Assembly: GCF_938045625.1 (NCBI RefSeq)
Contig: NZ_CALIAV010000055.1
Location: forward strand, 628 to 64,627
Direction of reading: 5' to 3'
Source: an uncultured Campylobacter sp.
GTDB taxonomy: Bacteria > Campylobacterota > Campylobacteria > Campylobacterales > Campylobacteraceae
Length of the DNA stretch: 64,000 bases
Shown here: positions 44,394-53,738 of the stretch, one piece after another
Layout of the letters: every line of letters begins with the position of its first letter
Numbering within the stretch: the first letter of the stretch is position 1
Notes under the pieces: generated by a model
Told to the model about the DNA's origin: nothing
Databases searched by the model: none
What the model saw: the letters and a program-made list of their open reading frames with translations, nothing else
Position numbers and translations under genes: made by a program

Positions 44394-45647
44394 ATGGAAA
44401 AAAGTAAAATTTTAATAGTAGAAGACAACAAAGCCCTGGCAAAGCTAATCGCTAAAAAGATGGAAGATAATACCGAAATGCAAGTGGACATCGCTCACAG
44501 CTTAGCCGAAGCTCAGGCGTTTCTTACGAAAGCTAAGGATTATTTTATAACTTTGCTCGATTTAAATTTACCCGATGCTCCAAACGGCGAAGTGGTCGAT
44601 TTCGTAGCGTCTAAGGGCTTACCGATTATAGTTTTAACGGGTAGTATGGACGATAAGACTAGAGAGACTTTTATGGACAAGGACATCGTGGACTACGTCT
44701 ATAAGGGAAATATGAGCGACGTAAATTATATATTTCATATGATAGATAGGCTAAAAAACAACAAGCAGTATAAAGTCATGGTAGTAGAAGACGTAATGCA
44801 GACTAGAAATGACGTAAAAAAAATATTGCAAAATTTGCAGTTTCGAGTATTTACGGCGGCTCACGGCGAAGAGGCGATGAATTATTTTGCCGATAATCCC
44901 GATATAAAACTCGTGGTTTGCGATTACGGCATGCCGGTAAAAGACGGTTTGGCGGTTTTAAAAGAGCTAAGAGAGCAAAAAGATAAAAACGAACTAGGCG
45001 TTATAATGATGACTAGCGCAAACGAAAACGTTAGCGGCGCGGTATTTTTAAAAAACGGAGCTAATGATTTTATCGCTAAGCCGTTTTTAAAAGAAGAGCT
45101 TATTTGCCGCGTAAATAATACTATAGAAAATATGGAAAATATCAATAAAATCGCAAATTTCGCCAATAAAGATTTTCTAACAGGATTATTTAATAGAAGG
45201 TATTTTTACGACGGTATGCAAGAATATTTAGCTAGTTTGGAAGAAAATCCTATGCCTTACGCCGTAGCTGTGATCGACGTAGACGGGCTTAAAAATATCA
45301 ATGATAAATACGGACAAGATAGCGGCGATAAAATTTTGAAACTACTGGCTAAAAAATTAATTGACGACACCAAAAGTAGCGATATAGCGGCCAGATTCGG
45401 CGGCGGAGAATTTTGTGTTTTATTAAAAAACGTATCGCAAGAAGACGCGGTTAAATTTTTTGTCGGATTAAGAGCCGCAATAGCAGCCAATCCGATAAAT
45501 ATGAAAAACGAACCGGTTAAAATTTCGGTCTCCATAGGCGTTACTTTCGGTAAAAGCGATTATAACGTCGACGAGATTTTGGAGCTTGCTGACGAGGCTC
45601 TTTATAGAGCTAAGCAAAACGGTCGAAATAGGGTAGAAATAGCCTGA
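44394..45647 (+). CDS. cbrR: Response regulator with two receiver domains and a GGDEF-type domain (CbrR-like)
   Basis: REC1 (LLDLNLPD), REC2 (VVCDYGMPVKDG). GGDEF domain with the signature written GGGEF. The recN-cbrR-tatD order matches my memory of C. jejuni. Confidence 0.7.
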   Translation: MEKSKILIVEDNKALAKLIAKKMEDNTEMQVDIAHSLAEAQAFLTKAKDYFITLLDLNLPDAPNGEVVDFVASKGLPIIVLTGSMDDKTRETFMDKDIVDYVYKGNMSDVNYIFHMIDRLKNNKQYKVMVVEDVMQTRNDVKKILQNLQFRVFTAAHGEEAMNYFADNPDIKLVVCDYGMPVKDGLAVLKELREQKDKNELGVIMMTSANENVSGAVFLKNGANDFIAKPFLKEELICRVNNTIENMENINKIANFANKDFLTGLFNRRYFYDGMQEYLASLEENPMPYAVAVIDVDGLKNINDKYGQDSGDKILKLLAKKLIDDTKSSDIAARFGGGEFCVLLKNVSQEDAVKFFVGLRAAIAANPINMKNEPVKISVSIGVTFGKSDYNVDEILELADEALYRAKQNGRNRVEIA

Positions 45648-46432
45648 TGATAATAGACACTCACTGTCATTTGGACGATGAAAGCTTTGATAACGATCTG
45701 GTAAAAGTTATCGCAAATGCCCGAGAAAACGGCGTTGACGGAGTGCTAATACCGGGTGCTGATATTAATGATTTACCAAAAGCGGCTAAAATAACCCGCG
45801 AATTTGAAAATGTATTTTTTGCCGTCGGAGTTCATCCGTATGATAAGGATGGATTTGACAAGGACGTGCTTTATAAATTTGCAAAAGACGAAAAGTGCGT
45901 TGCCGTGGGCGAGTGCGGGCTTGATTACTTCCGCTTGCCTAAAGACGAAAATGAAAAAGAGCTTGAAAAAGCGGAACAAAAGCGCGTATTTAGAGCGCAG
46001 CTTGATATGGCGGTAGAGTTAAATTTGCCGGTTATTTTGCATATTAGAGATGCAAACGAAGATAGTTTTAATATCTTAAAAGAGTACGCAAGTAGATTGG
46101 TCGGAGCGGTTTTGCACTGCTATAACGCTTCGCCTTTGCTTCTAGAGCTTGCTAAAATGGGCGAATTTTATTTTGGTATCGGTGGAGTTTTGACGTTTAA
46201 GAACGCGAAAAATTTGGTTCAAATTTTACCCCAAATTCCGCGAGATAGATTGCTGCTTGAAACCGATGCGCCGTATCTGACGCCCGAGCCTTTTAGAGGT
46301 AAAAGAAACGAGCCTGCTTTTACGCGGTTGGTTGCGGCAAAGATGGCTGAGATTTTAAATTTAAAAGAAGAAGAGGTAATGCAAATAACTACGAAAAATG
46401 CGAAGAAAATTTTTACGAAATTTAACACGTAA
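45647..46432 (+). CDS. tatD: TatD-family metal-dependent hydrolase
   Basis: IDTHCHL start, GECGLDY, LETDAPYL. Confidence 0.85.
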   Translation: MIIDTHCHLDDESFDNDLVKVIANARENGVDGVLIPGADINDLPKAAKITREFENVFFAVGVHPYDKDGFDKDVLYKFAKDEKCVAVGECGLDYFRLPKDENEKELEKAEQKRVFRAQLDMAVELNLPVILHIRDANEDSFNILKEYASRLVGAVLHCYNASPLLLELAKMGEFYFGIGGVLTFKNAKNLVQILPQIPRDRLLLETDAPYLTPEPFRGKRNEPAFTRLVAAKMAEILNLKEEEVMQITTKNAKKIFTKFNT

Positions 46433-46444
46433 TCAAGGAGAAAA

Positions 46445-47656
46445 ATGAAAATCTTTAGAGTAATAATGCTGTGTCTAGCATGTACGGGGTGGCTTTTTGC
46501 GACCGCGGCTAGCAGCGACGCAGAGCAAACCCAAAAGATGATATTAAAAGAATTTGACATAGATGCTAAATTTTTACAAAGCTCTCACTATGCTTCTATA
46601 AAAAATTCCATTAAAGATAGTAAAAGAAAAGAGTTTATAGATACCGTTAAAGGCGGCTATAAACATATCCCAATGCTTCAAAAGATTATAAAAGACTCAG
46701 GTATCCCGGAGTCGTTTTTGTATCTTGCTATGACGGAGTCCGGTTTTTCAAATCACATAGTTTCTAGCAAAAAAGCCATCGGAATTTGGCAGTTTATGGA
46801 GTCTACGGCAAAACTTTATGGTCTTAGAGTCGATAAATACACCGACGAGCGAAAAGACCCGATGGCGGCTACCCTTGCAGCTACAAAATACCTACAGAGT
46901 CTAAAAAATGACTTTGGTAAGTGGTATCTTGCAATGATGGCTTACAACTGCGGCGACACTAGATTAAGGGAAGGCATTAAAAAAGCCGGAACTACCGATC
47001 TGGCAACATTGCTAGACGATAAAAAAAGCTATATTCCAAAAGAAACTAAAAATTTTGTCAAGAAAATTTTAGTCATTGCACATATAGCAAAAGAGCAGGA
47101 AAATTTGCTGGCTAAAACGCAGGCCTTAAGCGAAACGAAAGGTATAGAGCTATCAAAGATAGACGTCCCCGGTGGTACAACGCTAATGGAGGTAGGAGAC
47201 AGCATAGGTCTTAGTCTAAAAAAGATGAAGGAGTACAATATGCATCTAAAATTCGTCTATACTCCGCCTACGGAAAAACCTTATTATCTTTATATTCCAT
47301 TAAACAAAAAGAAAATGTTTAGCGATAATTTCGAAGTAGCGCAAAATAGAAAATTTGAAATTTATACTGCCAAAGAGAACGATACGCTACTAACTATAGC
47401 GGAAAAAACCGGCGTAAATCATAAGATCATAAAAGAGTACAACGGACTTGCTTCAAACGAGATCAAGCCTAGTCAAAAGCTAGTTATCCCAAGTGAGCAA
47501 AACGTAAACTATCTAGCTGAGTATATGGTAAAAAGCGGCGATACGCTCGGAGAAGTTTCACAGAAATTTGATGTAGCGCTTGAGGATTTAAAAGAAGCCA
47601 ATACTCTTATGAGCTCAAACAGCTCGATTGGAGCCAAACTTGCCGCAACCGAGTAG
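46445..47656 (+). CDS. Membrane-bound lytic transglycosylase with LysM domains (MltD-like)
   Basis: SLT core (MTESGF ... GIWQFM ... AYNCG). LysM-like repeats in the C-terminal third (YTAKENDTLLTIAEKTG, YMVKSGDTLGEVSQKF). Confidence 0.8.
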   Translation: MKIFRVIMLCLACTGWLFATAASSDAEQTQKMILKEFDIDAKFLQSSHYASIKNSIKDSKRKEFIDTVKGGYKHIPMLQKIIKDSGIPESFLYLAMTESGFSNHIVSSKKAIGIWQFMESTAKLYGLRVDKYTDERKDPMAATLAATKYLQSLKNDFGKWYLAMMAYNCGDTRLREGIKKAGTTDLATLLDDKKSYIPKETKNFVKKILVIAHIAKEQENLLAKTQALSETKGIELSKIDVPGGTTLMEVGDSIGLSLKKMKEYNMHLKFVYTPPTEKPYYLYIPLNKKKMFSDNFEVAQNRKFEIYTAKENDTLLTIAEKTGVNHKIIKEYNGLASNEIKPSQKLVIPSEQNVNYLAEYMVKSGDTLGEVSQKFDVALEDLKEANTLMSSNSSIGAKLAATE

Positions 47657-48506
47657 GGCTAAATTTATATTTTTTAGTCTATTTTTCATATTTTTTATGA
47701 GCGGCTGTTCGTTCTTGACCTCGCCTTCCGGCGGTATTACCGCTAGCGGCGGCTCAAAGAAGAGCGGCAAAATAAATAGTTCAAAAGGTGTGCATGAGGC
47801 TACTATGCGCCCGTATACCATAAACGGAAAAACCTATTATCCGACCGTAGTCAAGGTCGGTGATAGGGCTAGCGGTATAGCCAGTTGGTATGGTCCGGAT
47901 TTTCACGGCAAAAAAACGTCAAACGGCGAGACTTACGATATGCACGCTATGACGGCGGCGCATAAGACTCTGCCGATGAACACTATGGTGCGCGTGACGA
48001 ATATAAAAAACGGTAAAAACATCATCGTGCGTATAAACGACCGAGGCCCTTTCATGGCAGGTCGCGTGATAGATTTGTCAAAAACTGGCGCGGTTAAGCT
48101 TGATGTATTTAACGCCGGCACAGCCCCCGTTTTACTAGAGGTCGTTGGCTTTAACGGCAACGTCGGCGGAGCTGTTGTAGCATCCTCTCAGCCTAGCTCA
48201 AAACAACCTAGCGGCTCGCTAAAAACGAGCACTCAAACTAAAGCGCAACCGCAACAACAGTCTTTTGTCGGCGGTATTTTTATGGTGCAAATCGGCGCAT
48301 TTAAAAATTTAAGTGGCGCAAACGCTCATAAACGGCAGCACGCTGGACAATACGGCAACGGTGCCTATGATACTGTTATAAAGTCGTATGATCTTGACGG
48401 CGGTAAAATTTACAGGGTATTTATAAGCGGCTTTAGAAGCGAAGAGGAAGCAAAAGACTTCATAAGCGCAGGGCATATCTCGGGCGCATTTTTCGTGAGG
48501 GAATAA
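47628..48506 (+). CDS. rlpA: Septal-ring lytic transglycosylase RlpA family lipoprotein (DPBB + SPOR)
   Basis: Lipobox FMSGC. ASWYGPDFHGKKTSNGETYDM DPBB motif. C-terminal SPOR-like FMVQIGAF ... YRVFISGF. The start codon is uncertain (TTG at 47628 or 47640). Confidence 0.8.
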   Translation: MEPNLPQPSRAKFIFFSLFFIFFMSGCSFLTSPSGGITASGGSKKSGKINSSKGVHEATMRPYTINGKTYYPTVVKVGDRASGIASWYGPDFHGKKTSNGETYDMHAMTAAHKTLPMNTMVRVTNIKNGKNIIVRINDRGPFMAGRVIDLSKTGAVKLDVFNAGTAPVLLEVVGFNGNVGGAVVASSQPSSKQPSGSLKTSTQTKAQPQQQSFVGGIFMVQIGAFKNLSGANAHKRQHAGQYGNGAYDTVIKSYDLDGGKIYRVFISGFRSEEEAKDFISAGHISGAFFVRE

Positions 48507-48507
48507 G

Positions 48508-49071
48508 ATGCAAAGAAAGACAAAAGAGACGGATATCAGCCTAGAGCTTGAAATTTACGGCAGTGGCAAATCCGAGATAAGCACTGGCATAGGATTTTTT
48601 GACCACATGCTTGAGGCCTTTTGTAAGCACGCGCTTTTTGATATGAAGCTTGTCTGCAAGGGTGATTTGCACGTGGATTTTCATCACAGCGTTGAGGACG
48701 TGGGTATCGTTATTGGGCTAGCTTTGCGCGAGAAAATTTATCCGCTTAGCGGCGTGGAGAGATTTGGTGAGGCGACGGTGGTGATGGACGAGGCGGCGGT
48801 AAACTGCGCTCTTGATCTTTCAAATCGCCCGTTTTTGGTCTACGAAAGCATAAGCGATGGCAAAGTCGGCGAATTCGACATAGAGCTAGCGAATGAGTTT
48901 TTCCAAGCCCTAGCGTTTAATGCCGCAATTACCTTGCATATCGCTAAAATCCGCGGACGAAACTCTCATCATATTTTGGAGGCGAGCTTTAAAGCCTGTG
49001 CCGTCGCGCTAAGAAGAGCTCTAGCCAAAAACGCTAGAGTCGGCGTGCCTAGCACGAAAGGCGTGCTATGA
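48508..49071 (+). CDS. hisB: Imidazoleglycerol-phosphate dehydratase (monofunctional)
   Basis: RKTKETDI, GIGFFDHML, HH..E. 187 aa, with no HAD phosphatase domain. Confidence 0.9.
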   Translation: MQRKTKETDISLELEIYGSGKSEISTGIGFFDHMLEAFCKHALFDMKLVCKGDLHVDFHHSVEDVGIVIGLALREKIYPLSGVERFGEATVVMDEAAVNCALDLSNRPFLVYESISDGKVGEFDIELANEFFQALAFNAAITLHIAKIRGRNSHHILEASFKACAVALRRALAKNARVGVPSTKGVL

Positions 49072-49556
49072 TAGAGATTATATTTTTAGACGTCGACGGG
49101 TGCCTAACCAACGGCAAGATCATTTATGGCCCAAACGGCGACGAGCTTAAATTTTTTGACGTTAAGGATGGATACGCTATCGAGAGCTGGCTAAAGCTCG
49201 GTAAAAAAGTCGCGATCATCACCGGCAGAAGCTCGCCTATCGTCGAAAAAAGGGCGCAGGATCTAAAGATAACGCACGTCTATCAAGGCATTAGCGATAA
49301 ATTTGAAACCGCAAAACAGATACTTAAATTTGAAGGACTCGAGTTTGAAAATGCAGCAGCAATAGGTGACGATTACAACGACTACAAGCTACTAAAAAGC
49401 GTCGGATGGAGCTTTAAACCGAAAAATGCGATCAAAGAGCTTGAAGTAAGAACGAGGCTCAACTACAAAGGCGGCAACGGCGCGGTGCGCGAGATGATAG
49501 AGATACTTATCCGCAGCGAGGGCTTAATGCAAGAGTGGGCTAAGCGTTGGTTATAA
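49068..49556 (+). CDS. kdsC: HAD-IIIA phosphatase, KDO 8-phosphate phosphatase-like
   Basis: FLDVDGCLTNGKIIY, FDVKDG, GDDYND, GGNGAVRE. Followed by lptC and lptA. Confidence 0.8.
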   Translation: MIEIIFLDVDGCLTNGKIIYGPNGDELKFFDVKDGYAIESWLKLGKKVAIITGRSSPIVEKRAQDLKITHVYQGISDKFETAKQILKFEGLEFENAAAIGDDYNDYKLLKSVGWSFKPKNAIKELEVRTRLNYKGGNGAVREMIEILIRSEGLMQEWAKRWL

Positions 49557-50074
49557 GGATTTTTTACCTAGTCGTCAGCGTTTTTAGCGTGGCGATGGTT
49601 TATTTGGCGATTGAGGAGCCTTACTATAGCGAGCTCTTAAAGGGCGGCGAAGTGACTACAAACATGCAGATGAACGCAGTCACTGACTACGAGATGAATG
49701 CTACTGTAGTAAATGCTAGATATGAAGCCGATACGTGGAATAGATACTCGGAATTTGACGAATTTATCAAATTTAGAGCGGAAATTTTTAAAGATAACAA
49801 AGAGCATAACGTGAGCTCCGATAAAGCGTTTTATAACGGCGGTCGAATTATACTTAAGGGTAACGCGCGCTATGCAAATAATGAAAATTTGACCTTTTTA
49901 TCAGACGAGGTCATTTATAGTACTGCCACTAAAGTAGCTACTACGCAAACGCCTTTTACGCTAACGAAGAACGAAGATAAAATAGTCGGCAAAGCCCTGG
50001 TTTATGACTTTGAGTTAAAAAAAGCTTATATCAAAAAGGCCTTTGCTTTGATAGAGCAAGATAGAAAAAGATAG
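49547..50074 (+). CDS. lptC: LPS export system protein LptC-like
   Basis: Single N-terminal TM plus a beta-rich periplasmic domain. The position between kdsC and lptA matches the conserved kdsC-lptC-lptA arrangement. Confidence 0.6.
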   Translation: MVIRIFYLVVSVFSVAMVYLAIEEPYYSELLKGGEVTTNMQMNAVTDYEMNATVVNARYEADTWNRYSEFDEFIKFRAEIFKDNKEHNVSSDKAFYNGGRIILKGNARYANNENLTFLSDEVIYSTATKVATTQTPFTLTKNEDKIVGKALVYDFELKKAYIKKAFALIEQDRKR

Positions 50075-50082
50075 GACGGAAA

Positions 50083-50559
50083 ATGATAAATTTTGGTTTT
50101 AAAAAAGTGGCTTTAGTTTTGGCGCTTAGCGCTTTACCGCTTTTAGCAGAGCAGGTGGAGATCACAGCGGACGAGTTTTATGCTGACGAAGGCAAACAAA
50201 TAAGCGAATTTAAAGGCAATGTAAATATTAAAAAAGGCAAGGATACGCTCACTGCAAATTTGGTAGTGATATATTTCGACAAAAAGCGAAATCCGCTAAA
50301 ATACGTCGCTTCCGGCAATGCCAAATTTAGAGCATTTATCAAAAATAAAACATACGACGGTAGCGGTAGCGAGCTTATTTACGAACCTGCGCCAAATTTA
50401 TATACGATAAACGGCAACGGCTTTTTGCACGAGATAGAGACTGATAAAAAAGTCTATGGCGAAAAGATCACGGTCAATCAAAACAGCGGCACGTACAACG
50501 TAAACAGCGGCAAAAAAGAGCCGGTCAAATTTATATTCCAGGTTGAGGACAAAAAGTGA
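50083..50559 (+). CDS. lptA: LPS transport periplasmic protein LptA (OstA-like)
   Basis: Signal peptide. ITADEFY ... FKGNVNIKKGKDTLTA pattern of the OstA_N fold. Confidence 0.7.
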   Translation: MINFGFKKVALVLALSALPLLAEQVEITADEFYADEGKQISEFKGNVNIKKGKDTLTANLVVIYFDKKRNPLKYVASGNAKFRAFIKNKTYDGSGSELIYEPAPNLYTINGNGFLHEIETDKKVYGEKITVNQNSGTYNVNSGKKEPVKFIFQVEDKK

Positions 50560-51179
50560 TCCGCGTTTTAAACGCAAAATTTCTAGTTTCAGCGCCCGAC
50601 ATCTCGCTAGCTCCGCCTGCAAACTCTAGCGAAGTGGCGTTTCTGGGGCGCTCAAACGTGGGCAAAAGCAGCCTCATAAACGCTCTCGTAAATCAAAAAG
50701 GCCTGGCCAAGAGCAGCTCGACGCCAGGCAAAACGCGCCTCATAAATTTTTTCGAGGTCGAGTATGCGCGCGGCATCAAAAACGAGCAAGGCGAGCTAAG
50801 CGAGGAGAGGGCAAATTTGACCTTCGTTGATTTACCGGGCTTTGGATATGCCAAAGTGGCTAAAAGCATGCATGCGCAGTGGAGAAAAAATCTTGACGAA
50901 TATCTAAAATTTAGAGCCAACATCAAGCTTTTCGTACATCTCATCGACTCGCGCCAGTTTGATATGCAGATAGATAAAGACGTAAACGACTATTTGCAAA
51001 GCTTCTTGCGCCCCGATCAAAAGATTTTAAATTTCCTCACCAAATCAGACAAGCTAAATCAAAGCCAAAAAAGCGCGGTTTTAAAGGTCTATCCGGGCGC
51101 ACATTTCGTTTCGGCGCTTAAAAAAACAGGCGTAGAAAAGGCAAACGAGCTTATATATTTAAACGCGCTGGGGCTGTAA
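50556..51179 (+). CDS. engB: Ribosome biogenesis GTPase YihA/EngB
   Basis: GRSNVGKSSLINAL G1, DLPGFGYA G3, TKSDK G4. Confidence 0.9.
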   Translation: MIRVLNAKFLVSAPDISLAPPANSSEVAFLGRSNVGKSSLINALVNQKGLAKSSSTPGKTRLINFFEVEYARGIKNEQGELSEERANLTFVDLPGFGYAKVAKSMHAQWRKNLDEYLKFRANIKLFVHLIDSRQFDMQIDKDVNDYLQSFLRPDQKILNFLTKSDKLNQSQKSAVLKVYPGAHFVSALKKTGVEKANELIYLNALGL

Positions 51180-51297
51180 TGAAATCAAAAAGCCGCAAGC
51201 AAATTTTGGCATTTTTATCATCAAATTTTCTAAGTAAATTTACAAATTTAAGCGCCGCCAAGGCTAAATTTGCAAATTTAGCCAAAAACATATAACA

Positions 51298-51801
51298 ATG
51301 CAAACGAGTGCGGCGATGCGAAGACTGGGAGCAGAGAAGCGATTTTTAAAGCAGCTTGTTTGGGTTGCGTTTCTCATTTTTTATCAGAGCCTAACGACTA
51401 TATTTGCGTACTTGCCGCCTCTTATCGGGATATTTTTTACCTATATGATCATGCTAACCTTGCAGAAACAAAAGACGCTCAAGGAGTTTGGCAAGGAGTG
51501 GTATTTTTGTCTGTTTTACCTCACTTTTGCCGAGCAGGCGCACGGGTTTTCGCTGTTTTCGGCGGTGATTGCGTTTATGCTTTTTTATCATTTTATGTCC
51601 GACTGGCTCATCGTTACGCTAAAATCAAGGGAGCTTTTGGCAGCGGGATTCGTCGCCAGCGGCTATGTTTGGACGTGCGCGACGAGCTCTTTTATATCTT
51701 ACGCGGCAAATTTGCCTATACTCAAATTTGACTACGAGTACCTGATCTACGTGGGCGTAGAGTCTGTTTTGGCGGTGATTTTGTTTAGGGGGCGCCTATG
51801 A
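51298..51801 (+). CDS. Hypothetical integral membrane protein immediately upstream of mrdA (possibly MreD-like)
   Basis: 167 aa with 4-5 hydrophobic segments. 4-nt overlap with the PBP2 gene. Confidence 0.5.
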   Translation: MQTSAAMRRLGAEKRFLKQLVWVAFLIFYQSLTTIFAYLPPLIGIFFTYMIMLTLQKQKTLKEFGKEWYFCLFYLTFAEQAHGFSLFSAVIAFMLFYHFMSDWLIVTLKSRELLAAGFVASGYVWTCATSSFISYAANLPILKFDYEYLIYVGVESVLAVILFRGRL

Positions 51802-53642
51802 GGATGCGCATAGTCTTTGGCATCATATTTAGCGTCTGGGTGCTTTTGCTGGTGCGCGTTTATTACCTTAGCGTCAAATCAAACGATTTTTACGAGGAGA
51901 TCGCCGAGCAAAATGCGGTAAAAACGCAGTATCTAGCCCCTGTGCGCGGACTGATTTTAGACGCCAAAGGCCGTCCGATGGCGGTAAATCGCCTCGGCTT
52001 TTCCGTTGCTTTAAAGCCACACTTAAACGGAAAAAGGGCGGAGATTTTAGACGCTGAGCTTGCAAATTTGCAAAATTTATTCGAGGACCTAAACGTCACG
52101 AAGCTAAAGCGCGAATACATCAAAGCCGACTCGCCTTATAATCAGGATTTTATTCAGATTATCGATTTTATGGACTACGATAAGATGATACCGCGCATCG
52201 CCGAACTCTCGCTGCGAGAAAATTTAGAGGTCAAGCCAGCCTCCAAGCGCCACTATCCATACAATAACCTAGCTTCGCACATCATCGGCTACGTCGGCCG
52301 CGCAAATCAGCAAGACGTCGAGTCCGATCCCGTCGCAAAACTAACCAATCACACGGGCAGAAGCGGCACGGAGCGCTTTTATAACTCCGTCTTGCAGGGT
52401 CAAGAGGGCGTGCGAAAGGTAAAAGTAAACGCGCTAAATCAGGAGGTCGAGGAGATCTCGGTGAGCTATCCTCAAAGCTCGGACATCTCGCTCACGATCG
52501 ACCTTGAGATGCAAAGGTATATCGAGGAAATTTTTGGTAATAACGCGGGCGTCATCATCGTGATGGACGTGAGAGACGGCTCGATACTGGCTGCGGGCAG
52601 CTTCCCAGAGTATGATCTAAACCCGTTTGTGACCGGTCTTTCGCAGGCTAAATGGGACGAGCTCGTTAAGAGTATCGATCATCCGTTTACGAACAAGCTC
52701 GTAAACGGTCTTTATCCGCCGGGCTCGGTTATAAAAATGGGCGTAGCGATGGCGTTTTTGGATACTGGCAAGATGAGCCGCGCCGACGGATATTTTTGCT
52801 CGGGCTCATTTGAGCTTGGAGGGCGAAATTTTCGCTGCTGGAACGTCTACGGGCACGGCTTTATAGATATGAACTCGGCCATCCGCGAGAGCTGCGACGA
52901 TTATTTTTATAAGGGCAGCTTAAAAGTCGGTATAGACGCCATCTCGCCGGTTTTAGAGCGGCTGGGGTTTGGGCAAAAGAGCGGAGTGGATCTGCCAAAT
53001 GAATTTGTCGGTATCGTGCCTGGACGCGAGTGGAAGATGCAAAAGTACGCTCAGCCGTGGTATCAGGGCGAGACGCTCATAACATCGATCGGGCAGGGCA
53101 ACTTCCTCGTAACGCCGATGCAGGTGGTGCGTTATACGGGCATACTAGCGACGGGGAAAAATATCGTTCCGCATTTTTTACGTAGCGTAAACGGCGAGGA
53201 GGTTAAATTTGAGCCTGCCGACGATATACTAACGCCGTTTGAGAAAAAGCAGCTACCGTACATCCAAAGAGCGATGTATGAGGTCGTAAATCACAAAAAA
53301 GGCACCGCGCATAAGTATTTTAAAGAAGCAAAACTCACGCTAGCGGCAAAAACTGGTACAGCGCAGGTCGTGGGTATCTCGCAGGCTGAAAAAAAGCGTA
53401 TGAAAGAAGAGGACATGGAGTATCTGCGCCGCTCGCATGCATGGGTGACTACCTACGGGCCGTACGAAGAGCCTAGATATGCCGTTACCGTTATCATCGA
53501 GCACGGCGGACACGGCGGTCTGGCTGCGGGACCTCTAACGGCTAAAATCTTTAATAAGCTACTAGAAATGGGCTACATCGATCAAAAATACGAAATCACT
53601 TCTATAGCAGATACCGAAGCTGCGCAAAAGAAGAAAAATTAA
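51798..53642 (+). CDS. mrdA: Penicillin-binding protein 2 (elongasome transpeptidase)
   Basis: N-terminal TM. SVIK (SxxK), SCDDYF (SxD/N-type) and KTGTA motifs. Confidence 0.9.
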   Translation: MRMRIVFGIIFSVWVLLLVRVYYLSVKSNDFYEEIAEQNAVKTQYLAPVRGLILDAKGRPMAVNRLGFSVALKPHLNGKRAEILDAELANLQNLFEDLNVTKLKREYIKADSPYNQDFIQIIDFMDYDKMIPRIAELSLRENLEVKPASKRHYPYNNLASHIIGYVGRANQQDVESDPVAKLTNHTGRSGTERFYNSVLQGQEGVRKVKVNALNQEVEEISVSYPQSSDISLTIDLEMQRYIEEIFGNNAGVIIVMDVRDGSILAAGSFPEYDLNPFVTGLSQAKWDELVKSIDHPFTNKLVNGLYPPGSVIKMGVAMAFLDTGKMSRADGYFCSGSFELGGRNFRCWNVYGHGFIDMNSAIRESCDDYFYKGSLKVGIDAISPVLERLGFGQKSGVDLPNEFVGIVPGREWKMQKYAQPWYQGETLITSIGQGNFLVTPMQVVRYTGILATGKNIVPHFLRSVNGEEVKFEPADDILTPFEKKQLPYIQRAMYEVVNHKKGTAHKYFKEAKLTLAAKTGTAQVVGISQAEKKRMKEEDMEYLRRSHAWVTTYGPYEEPRYAVTVIIEHGGHGGLAAGPLTAKIFNKLLEMGYIDQKYEITSIADTEAAQKKKN

Positions 53643-53738
53643 AAATCTGTGCTTAAATTTGGCGTTAAATAGTGTCAAATTTGATTAAGATTTGAGCAAA
53701 TTGAGAGTTCAATTTAACAAATGAGCAAGTAGCCGCAG

